This document shows positions 25,358 to 33,186 of a stretch of 64,000 nt of DNA, in pieces. Within the stretch, counting starts at the first letter, position 1. Each line of letters opens with the position of its first letter. The DNA is taken from assembly GCA_031555055.1 (NCBI GenBank), contig JAVBUT010000008.1:3354-67353 (forward strand), read 5' to 3'. The stretch is from Alphaproteobacteria bacterium. GTDB taxonomy: Bacteria; Pseudomonadota; Alphaproteobacteria; Rs-D84. A program made the position numbers and the translations under genes. A model generated the notes under the pieces. The model searched no databases. It saw nothing but the letters and a program-made list of their open reading frames with translations, and was not told the origin of the DNA.

Positions 25358-25508
25358 GGGATCAAAATGAAAAATGAAAAATGAAGAATGAAAAATTAGA
25401 TTCATTTATCATGACATTTTTCTCAAGACAAGGAAACAGGTAAACAAAGATGAACAAACTAATTAAATCATTTTTCATTCTTCATTTTTCATTTTTCATT
25501 TTGATCCC
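25358..25508. repeat. Perfect 39-bp inverted repeat (AATGAAA 7-mer family) with a 73-nt loop holding the virB9 RBS and ATG
   Basis: GGGATCAAAATGAAAAATGAAAAATGAAGAATGAAAAAT (25358-25396) is the exact reverse complement of 25470-25508. Confidence 0.95.
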
Positions 25509-26925
25509 ATTTGTATGCAATGCAAATGGCGTGCAAGAGGCTTGGGATAACCCGAACGCCAACATGGCCGCTGGTTCTGTAAAACCCGGATATGCCCAGC
25601 TGACCTGGTCGACGGGCGCGGTTCTGCCTATCAAATTGCGCAACGGAATGGTCACCATGGTAAATCTGCCCAATGGCGAAGAGATCGTCGACGGCGTTGT
25701 CGGAAACCAGGATTTGTTCGACTTTGATCCGCAAAAAAACGGGCGCAGCATGTTCATAACCCCCGCCGGCAGCAATCAGGGTGCAGACACTAATCTGATC
25801 GTAACCGGAAAATCCGGAAACAAATATATTTTCTATCTGCGCAGCGAGCCCGCCAACAGCTCTGAGATCACATATTCCCAGGTTGATATCGTACTGGACG
25901 GAAACTCTACACTGCCCGGCACAACCGGCTCTAATGCACAGTACGCCGGCATGAATTCCATATTTAAAAAGGCTTCCACTGGCGCCGGCAGCATGGTTGG
26001 CGTTGACGGCGAAGATTACGGCTGGATAAAATCGATGAAAATCGATCCGTCGGAATTCCGTTTCGATCTGGACATATTCGTTCCAAATCCGGACGACTAT
26101 GTAATCGCACCGGAACGCGTGTGGCGTGATAGAATCTTTACATACATTGACTTTGGCGACAAGGTTATCGCAATGACCCAGCGTCCTGTTGTATCGCTGT
26201 TGGTCGAAGGCGGCGAATCCCCGGTCGGATTCCGCACAGACGGCCAAGACGGCAGACTGTTGATAGTAGAAGCCGTGGGCGACATGGTTCTGCGCAGTGG
26301 ACAACGTATCGTATGCATCAAGAAACGTGAAAAGCCGTTCCTGATCGCGGATACCAACAGCGTTATGGCCCTGGCCGAAGCGAACGTCGCACGCAGCATG
26401 ATGTCCAGCCAATCGCTGAACAATGTCGCATACGGCGATATGCAGATGACACAGACACTGGGCGTGCAACAAATGGGCTATGGATATGCCGCACCGATGA
26501 TGATGCCGACATCCGGAACATACGGTGGATCAACGACGGCCGGCCTGGTGATGATACCGACAGAAAGAAACACAGCCGGCGCATATCTGCCACAAACAAA
26601 CATTCCGCTGATCAGCAGCAACCAAGCCGGTGTCGCGGTTGAATTAAAATCCGACACATCAGTCAAGGCATTGAATGATTACTGGACAGGATTATTGGCA
26701 AAGTTCAGCGGCGATGACGGCAAAGGCGTTCTGACGCCATACAAGAACAGCGTGTTCTTTGCGGTTGATGAACAAGGCGTCGGCGATCTGGGCGACGCTG
26801 CGACATCTGCGCGCCTGTACCGTCTGCGTATCGGTCCGATGTCTGATATCGACAGCGCACAAAAACTGTGCGACCAACTGTTAAAGTTCAGCGGCGCCAG
26901 CTGTCACGTGGTGAGAATACAATAA
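25450..26925 (+). CDS. virB9: VirB9/CagX/TrbG-family T4SS protein with C-terminal SPOR domain
   Basis: Signal peptide MNKLIKSFFILHFSFFILIPFVCNA. VTMVNLPNGEEIVDGVVGNQDLFDFD...TNLIVTGKSGNKYIFYLRS (VirB9 N-domain). RIFTYIDFGDKV...PVVSLLVEGGESPVGFR (C-domain). Tail LYRLRIGPMSDIDSAQKLCDQLLKFSGASCHVV (SPOR-like). Confidence 0.85.
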   Translation: MNKLIKSFFILHFSFFILIPFVCNANGVQEAWDNPNANMAAGSVKPGYAQLTWSTGAVLPIKLRNGMVTMVNLPNGEEIVDGVVGNQDLFDFDPQKNGRSMFITPAGSNQGADTNLIVTGKSGNKYIFYLRSEPANSSEITYSQVDIVLDGNSTLPGTTGSNAQYAGMNSIFKKASTGAGSMVGVDGEDYGWIKSMKIDPSEFRFDLDIFVPNPDDYVIAPERVWRDRIFTYIDFGDKVIAMTQRPVVSLLVEGGESPVGFRTDGQDGRLLIVEAVGDMVLRSGQRIVCIKKREKPFLIADTNSVMALAEANVARSMMSSQSLNNVAYGDMQMTQTLGVQQMGYGYAAPMMMPTSGTYGGSTTAGLVMIPTERNTAGAYLPQTNIPLISSNQAGVAVELKSDTSVKALNDYWTGLLAKFSGDDGKGVLTPYKNSVFFAVDEQGVGDLGDAATSARLYRLRIGPMSDIDSAQKLCDQLLKFSGASCHVVRIQ

Positions 26926-26984
26926 ACGTGAAACGTGAATCGTGAATCGTAATTCGAATCACGAGTCACGAATCACGAATTACG
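26926..26984. repeat. Periodic hairpin, GTGATTC/GTGAATC 7-mer family
   Basis: ACGTGAAACGTGAATCGTGAATCGTAATTCG / AATCACGAGTCACGAATCACGAATTACG. Fills the virB9/virB10 gap. Confidence 0.9.
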
Positions 26985-26989
26985 AAAAA

Positions 26990-29269
26990 ATGAAAACATT
27001 AAAACAATCTTTCACTGAATTAAAGCAAAGCACTCCGAAACATGTGCAGTGGTTATTGCTGGCGGCGGCGTTTGTCGTGGTCTTGATTCTGCTGACACTG
27101 TTGTTGGGCGGCGATAAAAAAGATTCTGACAAAATCACAACAGGCACTGTTCAGCCCGTGCTGACCGTTGATCCACGTGAACTGGATTGGTCTGCCGTTA
27201 CTGTTGGCGAAACCGTTACGCAACGCTTTGTCGTGTCGGCAAATACCGCGATCAAGGTTGACGATGTCCGTCTGTCCAAGGGTATCGTCGGTCTGGCCAA
27301 GCCCAGAACCACATGCACAAACATCGGTCAAATAAACGAAAAGCTGTCATGCACGGTCAGTTTGGAATATGCACCGACAGCGGCGATGGAAACCAGCGCG
27401 CTGTCCATGTTCATTGACTGGCGCGGCGCGACCCAGCCAGAAAAAATGAAAACCACCGAAACCGTTACGATCGCAATCGGCGCTGTGCTGCCAAAGCCTG
27501 TGGTAGCACCACAGCCCGTGATCGAACCAGCACCGAAATCCCAGATGCAACAGGAAATAGAGGAACTCGTCCAGCCTGCACCATTCTTTGAAGCCCCACA
27601 GGAGGTAAAAAAACCGACTGCGCCTGTCACTGAAAATATCCCCAGCGAGGCATGCTCGGACTTTGCGTTCCCTGGATACGGCACATCCGGTCAGCAAATC
27701 GGTTGGATCAAGCCCAGCCGCGGTACATATAACTTTCACCCGTTTTCTGACAAGAACTGCGCCAGTCCGACCGGCACTTATAATCCTGACAATGGCATAA
27801 TCACCGACAGCGCTGGCAAAAAAATTGGCACCGACGCCGAGCATATCGGCTTTGGCATGAACAGCACCGTCGCAATGCCGCTGTTGTCGAACGCACCGTC
27901 GCCACGCATTGAAAACAAGGCACGCCAGGTAACATCAGCTGAACTGGCACCGGCCGGAAAATCCGCACGCGTATTCTCTGCGCCGACACCGGAAACACTG
28001 CTTAAATCCACTGGTTCGACCGTGACATCCACCGCGCCATACGACCGCACATTTATTCTGCGCCAGTACAAGCCTATTCCCGCAACTATCGTGTCCGAAA
28101 TTCGCGCGGACCAGCGCTTGTTGAATGCGGATCATAAATTGCCGGTCATCGCAACAGTGGATCGCAATGTTTATTCCGACAATGGCCGTACGATTATCAT
28201 CCCAACCGGAACAACACTGTACGGATATGTTACCGGCGACGTGCCCGGACCATACAAGGCGATCGGCAGAATGGAAATCCGCTGGTATCAGTTCGTTCGT
28301 CCGGACGGTGTAGAATTTAACTTTGATGGCAACAATATGGACCCGTTCAGCGCCGATGCCCAGGGACGCGCCGGCGTGCCGGGACGTGGCTCTACGGACT
28401 ATATCGAACAGTTCGTCATGCCAATGCTGACCGCGATTGTGCCTGCGGCGGTAAATATGATTGCGCCAATCTCGGACAGCTTTATCAACCAGATCGATCT
28501 GGATAACAATACCGTCACACAAAGTGGCCAGGTTCGCTCTTCGGAATTGGCCAAGAACGAAATAATAACCGCATGGAACAAGGTCGCCCAGAAATTATTG
28601 GTCGATATGATGGACAATACCGTACCGCCGTTCTCTATTGCCGCTGGCACACGCATAACGGTATTCTCGCCAATGGATTTACAGGTAACATGTGGTGCGG
28701 AAACCGGCAAGAAATGCTCTGTTGCGCCATACGGCAAAGATGTTCGCGCAAATCCAGGCGCAGCGGTCACAATGGGTCAAAGCCCTGAAAACGCTGGCAG
28801 TATGGTCGGCCAGGTACGCTCGTTCGACATAATAAAATACTGCGACGGCAAAGGCGGTGTAAAGTCCGGTATGGAAAAAGAAATCTACGAAGCCGGTATG
28901 GATTACCGCACAGTTTTATTCGCGTGCCAGTCATCGCAATACGTCGCGATCAATACCGCCAAACAGGAAGCTGTGTTCCAAAACCAACAGCAGACCACAT
29001 ATACCAGCCCCACAACCGGCGAAAAGATGCAGCCAGGCACCAAAGAATATAATGAACAGGTCCTGGACTTGAAATACAACAAGGACGGCACTATACAGAA
29101 TCCGTTCAATCCACCGGCACCGCCCGCCACGCCGACCATCACATGTGAAGACGGTATGGCGCCTGACGCAAACGGATGCTGTGCCGGCGAAACATACACC
29201 GACATGGGCGAACAAGGGTTCAACTGTTGTCCTGCCGGCGGCGGCGACTGTTTCCCGCCGATAATATAG
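26990..29269 (+). CDS. virB10: VirB10/TrbI-family T4SS protein with extra Ig-like N-terminal module and Cys-rich C-terminal tail
   Basis: TM segment WLLLAAAFVVVLILLTLLLGG. Pro-rich LPKPVVAPQPVIEPAP. Core IPATIVSEIRADQ...PVIATVDRNVYSDNGRTIIIPTGTTLYGY...RMEIRWYQFVRPDGVEF...DAQGRAGVPG. Start taken at MKTLKQ downstream of the repeat. Confidence 0.85.
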   Translation: MKTLKQSFTELKQSTPKHVQWLLLAAAFVVVLILLTLLLGGDKKDSDKITTGTVQPVLTVDPRELDWSAVTVGETVTQRFVVSANTAIKVDDVRLSKGIVGLAKPRTTCTNIGQINEKLSCTVSLEYAPTAAMETSALSMFIDWRGATQPEKMKTTETVTIAIGAVLPKPVVAPQPVIEPAPKSQMQQEIEELVQPAPFFEAPQEVKKPTAPVTENIPSEACSDFAFPGYGTSGQQIGWIKPSRGTYNFHPFSDKNCASPTGTYNPDNGIITDSAGKKIGTDAEHIGFGMNSTVAMPLLSNAPSPRIENKARQVTSAELAPAGKSARVFSAPTPETLLKSTGSTVTSTAPYDRTFILRQYKPIPATIVSEIRADQRLLNADHKLPVIATVDRNVYSDNGRTIIIPTGTTLYGYVTGDVPGPYKAIGRMEIRWYQFVRPDGVEFNFDGNNMDPFSADAQGRAGVPGRGSTDYIEQFVMPMLTAIVPAAVNMIAPISDSFINQIDLDNNTVTQSGQVRSSELAKNEIITAWNKVAQKLLVDMMDNTVPPFSIAAGTRITVFSPMDLQVTCGAETGKKCSVAPYGKDVRANPGAAVTMGQSPENAGSMVGQVRSFDIIKYCDGKGGVKSGMEKEIYEAGMDYRTVLFACQSSQYVAINTAKQEAVFQNQQQTTYTSPTTGEKMQPGTKEYNEQVLDLKYNKDGTIQNPFNPPAPPATPTITCEDGMAPDANGCCAGETYTDMGEQGFNCCPAGGGDCFPPII

Positions 29270-29349
29270 GCCTGCGTCAAAACAGGTTTATCTTGTTGGC
29301 GGAACGTATTGATCAAACCAGCCAATTTTAAAATCTGAAATTATTATTG

Positions 29350-29374
29350 ATCGCCACTTTGGCGATTGTTTTTT
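29350..29374 (+). terminator. Intrinsic terminator ending the virB8-10 operon
   Basis: ATCGCC-ACTTT-GGCGAT followed by TGTTTTTT. Confidence 0.65.
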
Positions 29375-29536
29375 ACGATTCGATTCCTAAATACAAAAAA
29401 CGCTTAACGAATCGGAAATCCGAATCAGATTTCAACCTTTGGTTGTAACATTTTACATATTCGCATTGATTATCTATAACAGCTTGTCGGTCAAGCCTGG
29501 CAAGCGAACACCATAACAAGATGGAGAGAGTAAAAC

Positions 29537-29887
29537 ATGAACAACACACACAAACAAAAACAAATCCCGACCGCAGAAAAATTCCACAGCGCTGAACAGA
29601 TGTGGTTTTGGTTTTTGTATTCCAGACAAATTCGCAATGGCTTTGCGACGGGCAAACCTGTCCCAGGCAAACGCATATGCGAGCCCCTGGATATCGAGAC
29701 ATTAATAACCAGATTGTATTTGTCCGGGACACTGGATAACGATCATCTGAATGTCATGAAAGAATTCGGTGATCGTCGCCGTCCGCCGCACCAGCATATA
29801 TGGTCTGAAAACCACGCGGCAGCGATCTGGCGCGATGCAATGCAGATACTGGAATCGGCGGCGGTAAAACGCGGCTGGATAGAGTAG
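29537..29887 (+). CDS. Hypothetical protein (116 aa)
   Basis: RBS GGAGAGAG. AEQMWFWFLYSRQIRNG... No family recognised. Confidence 0.55.
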   Translation: MNNTHKQKQIPTAEKFHSAEQMWFWFLYSRQIRNGFATGKPVPGKRICEPLDIETLITRLYLSGTLDNDHLNVMKEFGDRRRPPHQHIWSENHAAAIWRDAMQILESAAVKRGWIE

Positions 29888-29892
29888 GACAA

Positions 29893-29990
29893 AGTCAATA
29901 GTCACTAGTCAATAGTCAATAGTCATTAGTAATTTAACTATTAAGCACCGCTAACGACTATTGACTATTGACTAGTGACTATTGACTAAG
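29893..29990. repeat. Periodic hairpin, GTCAATA 7-mer family
   Basis: AGTCAATAGTCACTAGTCAATAGTCAATAGTCATTAGT ... ACTATTGACTATTGACTAGTGACTATTGACTAAG. Confidence 0.9.
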
Positions 29991-29998
29991 GACTGTAA

Positions 29999-30377
29999 AA
30001 TGCTTATCGGATTTACACACAAAACTTCAAAGATTCTGCCGCGGATTTTATGCCGGCGGTTCCGGCATTGCGCGGTTGTTATAAATAAAAAACGAAAAAT
30101 GAAAAATGAAAAATGTTTTGTTATGTACCAAGTTGGCAAAGGATCAATAAAACAAATCCCATTGTCTGCGCGCGATTTGAAAATCCTAGAGCAACACGGC
30201 TGGGTGTTTATAGATTATACAACCTTGTCCCCGTATTGCCTTGGCCCGGCCCTGTCCCGCCATTATACATGCGTTGGATTCGCCAAACATATTTTAGAAA
30301 TCCGCGATCCTTTTATAATCACCCCGGACCAGTTGTATAAAAAATTAGCACATGGTGCACAGCGATTAGAATATTGA
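29999..30377 (+). CDS. Hypothetical protein (125 aa) with an in-frame AATGAAA repeat
   Basis: MLIGFTHKTSKILPRILCRRFRHCAVV... The KKRKMKNEKC segment is encoded by CGAAAAATGAAAAATGAAAAATG (30091-30115). Confidence 0.5.
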
Positions 30378-30402
30378 TTTTTATAAAAATATCATTTATA
30401 AT
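30374..30402 (+). promoter_or_regulatory. Near-consensus sigma70 promoter TTGATT-17 nt-TATAAT
   Basis: TTGATT at 30374-30379 and TATAAT at 30397-30402. No ORF follows. Confidence 0.6.
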
Positions 30403-30408
30403 CCGCGT

Positions 30409-30597
30409 GCATCGGGTGACACCCGGCGCGGGATGTAGACTATCCCCTATAGTTGCATTAAATCAAATGCGGAAAATTTGCAATACTGAACAACCTTTTG
30501 GTTGGGAGGTTGCAAAATAAGGCTTTGGCCGAATATGCGCACTATCTATAGGTAGGTCTAACTCCCAACCGCCCTTCGTCACGGCGGTAATTTTTTT
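30409..30597 (+). ncRNA. Candidate small RNA (about 190 nt), class unknown
   Basis: Promoter upstream, and intrinsic terminator ACCGCC-CTTCGTCAC-GGCGGT plus T7 at the 3' end. No ORF. Internal pairings include GGTTGGGAG/CTCCCAACC and GCATT/AATGC. Confidence 0.5.
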
Positions 30598-30617
30598 ACA
30601 AAAAAAAGGGATAAAAG

Positions 30618-30827
30618 ATGAGCGAGAAAATCAACATAACAATAAAATCACAACATGTCGGCAAAGCGCTTCGCAAAGCAAGACAAGAAAGTTATACTGG
30701 CCGAACAAAACTAAGCGAATTGTTGAACGTATCACGAAGCGATATATTTAAATACGAACTGGGGATAATAAAAATCCCACGTGAAATTTTGATAAAATTG
30801 TTCCGTAATGGGATTCGAAATTTGTAA
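30618..30827 (+). CDS. XRE-family helix-turn-helix protein (69 aa)
   Basis: VGKALRKARQESYTGRTKLSELLNVSRSDIFKYELG. Confidence 0.65.
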   Translation: MSEKINITIKSQHVGKALRKARQESYTGRTKLSELLNVSRSDIFKYELGIIKIPREILIKLFRNGIRNL

Positions 30828-30834
30828 AAATTTT

Positions 30835-30884
30835 ACTGGATTGCTTCGTCATTTCATTCCTCGCAATGACGCGGCAATCCAGTC
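30835..30884. repeat. CTGGATTGC...GCAATCCAG palindromic element (CATTGCGAG family)
   Basis: ACTGGATTGCTTCGTCATTTCATTCCTCGCAATGACGCGGCAATCCAGTC. Related copies at 8610-8650, 9388-9420, 24529-24568 and 44585-44630. Confidence 0.8.
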
Positions 30885-30980
30885 GGAAAAAAGGGGCCTA
30901 TAAACACACGCCCAGCACATAGTGTTTAACGATTAGAATCTCATACAAGATATTATTCGCTAATCGCTATGCGCTATTTG

Positions 30981-32567
30981 TTATTTGCTAGTTTTTTTAA
31001 TCACGTACATCTGGCCGATTCCGAACAAGTTCGACACTGTCCAGTACAGAACCAATCCGGCCGGCATCCACGCGAACAAGACCGTGAACATTACCGGCAT
31101 CCATTTCATAATCTTTTGCGTCTGGGCCATCGGATCGTTCGCATTTGCGGACGGTGCGGCCGACTGCAGTTTCTGCTGCCACCACATTGTCGCACCCATG
31201 ATCAGCGGCAAGATAAAGTACGGATCCATCAGCGACAGGTCGGATATCCACAAGAACCCCGCACAACGCATAGGCACAGAAATCAGCAACGCCTTGTACA
31301 GCGCAAAGAATATCGGAATCTGCAACAGCATCGGCAGACATCCCGACATTGGCGACGTCTTGTGCGTCTGGTACAGTTTCATCATTTCCATTTGCTGGCG
31401 CGCTTTGTCGTTTGCGTACAGCTTTTGTATGCGGGCCATTTCCGGCTGCATCTTTTGCATGGCGGCCATTGACGTGTATGATTTGCGCGTCAGCGGCCAC
31501 ATCAGAATACGCAGACCAATGGTCAGCAATATGATTGCCAAGCCATAGTTCATCACAAAGCCGTTTATCGCATTCAGCGCCCACAGCATGGGCCGCGACA
31601 AGAACCAGAACCAACCGTAATCGATCGTCTGATTAATACCGTTTATTGACGCGGCGGCATCTTTCAGTATTGCCTGGTCGCGCGGACCTGCAAACATTTT
31701 TGTTTCAAACACAGCCGTCTGGCCGGCGGCGACATGAACCGGCGCCGCGGTAATATCCGCCTGGTATCGTGCATCTATTTTTTTCGTGCGGATTGTCTGA
31801 TCCGGCAAAGCCATGGAAACCACGGTTTCCCAATACTGGTCCGCGAATCCGGCGAATCCGTTTACCGTCGTATATGCGTATGATTTTTTATCCAGCTGTT
31901 TCCAGTTGTTATATTCAATGTCAGAATTTGCAAATGACACCGCGCCGGTTTCAACCGCGGTTGCCGCCGCGCCACCGTCGCGCACAATACGCGCGTATGG
32001 AACAAAAGACACGTCTTTTTTACCAGCGTTCCTGACGGTGTCCTTGATCGAAATTATGTAATCATCAACAACGACTGTGCGCGTAAATTCCACACCGTCG
32101 CCGTTGCGCCAAGAGTAAGAATCTTTCTTAGCATTCCAGACCGTCGACGATGTCGGCGCGGTCGTGCCACTGGCGATCAGGCCGACTTCGGCAAAATCCC
32201 CGGACGCCCCCAACAGCGCGATATTTTTATCGGCATTTTCCTTTTTATCCTGTTTGTAATCCTTCAGTTCAATTTTTGAAACGCGCAGACCCTGAACATC
32301 GGCAGTGATTTTATCAGAGTCGATTTTTGACGTCGGAACACGCGACAGGTCTTCGATCACGCCGGATTCTTGGGTGCTGACAACTGACTCTTTTTTATCT
32401 GGCCCAAACCATGCGGTAAACGCCCACCATGCGGCCAGAAATATCACCATCCACCACAAAAAATTAGAAAGTTTGAAACCTTTTTTTCCCGAATCCGGCT
32501 TTTTATTTTGATTTGCCATCCATTGGCTGAAACCGGATGATTTGTTATTATCTAAATACTTTACCAT
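30981..32567 (-). CDS. yidC: Membrane protein insertase YidC
   Basis: GWFWFLSRPM, MQKMQPEM..IQKLY, GCLPMLLQIPIFFALY, LVLYWTVSNLFGIGQ. Confidence 0.95.
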   Translation of the reverse strand: MVKYLDNNKSSGFSQWMANQNKKPDSGKKGFKLSNFLWWMVIFLAAWWAFTAWFGPDKKESVVSTQESGVIEDLSRVPTSKIDSDKITADVQGLRVSKIELKDYKQDKKENADKNIALLGASGDFAEVGLIASGTTAPTSSTVWNAKKDSYSWRNGDGVEFTRTVVVDDYIISIKDTVRNAGKKDVSFVPYARIVRDGGAAATAVETGAVSFANSDIEYNNWKQLDKKSYAYTTVNGFAGFADQYWETVVSMALPDQTIRTKKIDARYQADITAAPVHVAAGQTAVFETKMFAGPRDQAILKDAAASINGINQTIDYGWFWFLSRPMLWALNAINGFVMNYGLAIILLTIGLRILMWPLTRKSYTSMAAMQKMQPEMARIQKLYANDKARQQMEMMKLYQTHKTSPMSGCLPMLLQIPIFFALYKALLISVPMRCAGFLWISDLSLMDPYFILPLIMGATMWWQQKLQSAAPSANANDPMAQTQKIMKWMPVMFTVLFAWMPAGLVLYWTVSNLFGIGQMYVIKKTSK

Positions 32568-32574
32568 TTTTTTC

Positions 32575-32635
32575 CTCGTGATTCGTGATTCGTGATTCGT
32601 GACTCGAATTACGAATCACAAATTACGGTTCACGA
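32575..32635. repeat. Periodic hairpin, GTGATTC 7-mer family
   Basis: CTCGTGATTCGTGATTCGTGATTCGTGACTCG / AATTACGAATCACAAATTACGGTTCACGA. The right arm contains the lspA TGA stop. Confidence 0.9.
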
Positions 32636-33148
32636 TTTTTTTTTCTTTTTATTCATAAACCAGTTTAAAACATATAGTGCGACGCCGACCGCAATGCAAG
32701 TATCGGCGATATTAAACGCCGGCCAATGCCATGCGCCAATGTGAAAGTCCAAGAAATCCACAACCGCGCCAAAACGCAGACGATCGATCAGATTCCCCAG
32801 CGCGCCGCCCACAATCAGCGCCAGCGGCCATTTTTCAAACGACGCCGCGCGCATAAACAAATGGTACGCGATAAAGCCGATGATCGCGCCGGTGGCCACA
32901 ATCATGATCAGCGGGGCCGCTTCGCCCAGTGCGCGGAACAGCGAAAACGATGCGCCCGGATTCCATGTGAACACGATATTAAAAAAGTCGGTAACCTGGC
33001 CCATCATGTACGGCACCGGCACCAGTTCCCATGCGGGCGCGGCAAACGGCACGCGGCCGGTCAGCATGTATAACAATATCCCCTTGGATATTTGATCCAC
33101 CAGGATCGCGCCGAATATTATCGACAGAATTTTAATTGTGTTTTTCAT
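32630..33148 (-). CDS. lspA: Lipoprotein signal peptidase II
   Basis: DQISKG, FTWNPGASFS, GGALGNLIDR, VVDFLDFH, AFNIAD. Start at MKNTIK with RBS GGGGAA. Confidence 0.9.
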   Translation of the reverse strand: MKNTIKILSIIFGAILVDQISKGILLYMLTGRVPFAAPAWELVPVPYMMGQVTDFFNIVFTWNPGASFSLFRALGEAAPLIMIVATGAIIGFIAYHLFMRAASFEKWPLALIVGGALGNLIDRLRFGAVVDFLDFHIGAWHWPAFNIADTCIAVGVALYVLNWFMNKKKKKS

Positions 33149-33186
33149 ATTTTTCCCCATATCGGGAAATATAGCAGGCGCCCAGC

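Noticed and set aside
24591-26472. Minus-strand ORFs 24591-25244 (217 aa) and 25489-26472 (327 aa)
   Set aside because: They are antisense to virB8 and virB9, which carry family motifs, signal or TM segments and RBSs. The antisense translations have no features.
26942-26989. Long N-terminal extensions encoded by repeats: virB10 MNRNSNHESRITNYEK, fmt MNRDSKDNIFVLRVTSHESRVTI, rplJ MNIAHCTLHIFTKGE, lspA METRPFF..., secE, ihfA and the merR-like gene
   Set aside because: The extensions are translations of hairpin or REP arms. Downstream ATGs give canonical N-termini with RBSs.
30409-30597. Assigning the candidate sRNA to tmRNA, 6S, SRP RNA or RNase P RNA
   Set aside because: There is no tRNA-like TTCGA T-arm or CCA end, and no plausible Ala-rich tag ending in LAA. 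The SRP GGAA/AGCA tetraloop motif and the RNase P GAGGAAAGTCC motif are both absent. The class is left unknown.
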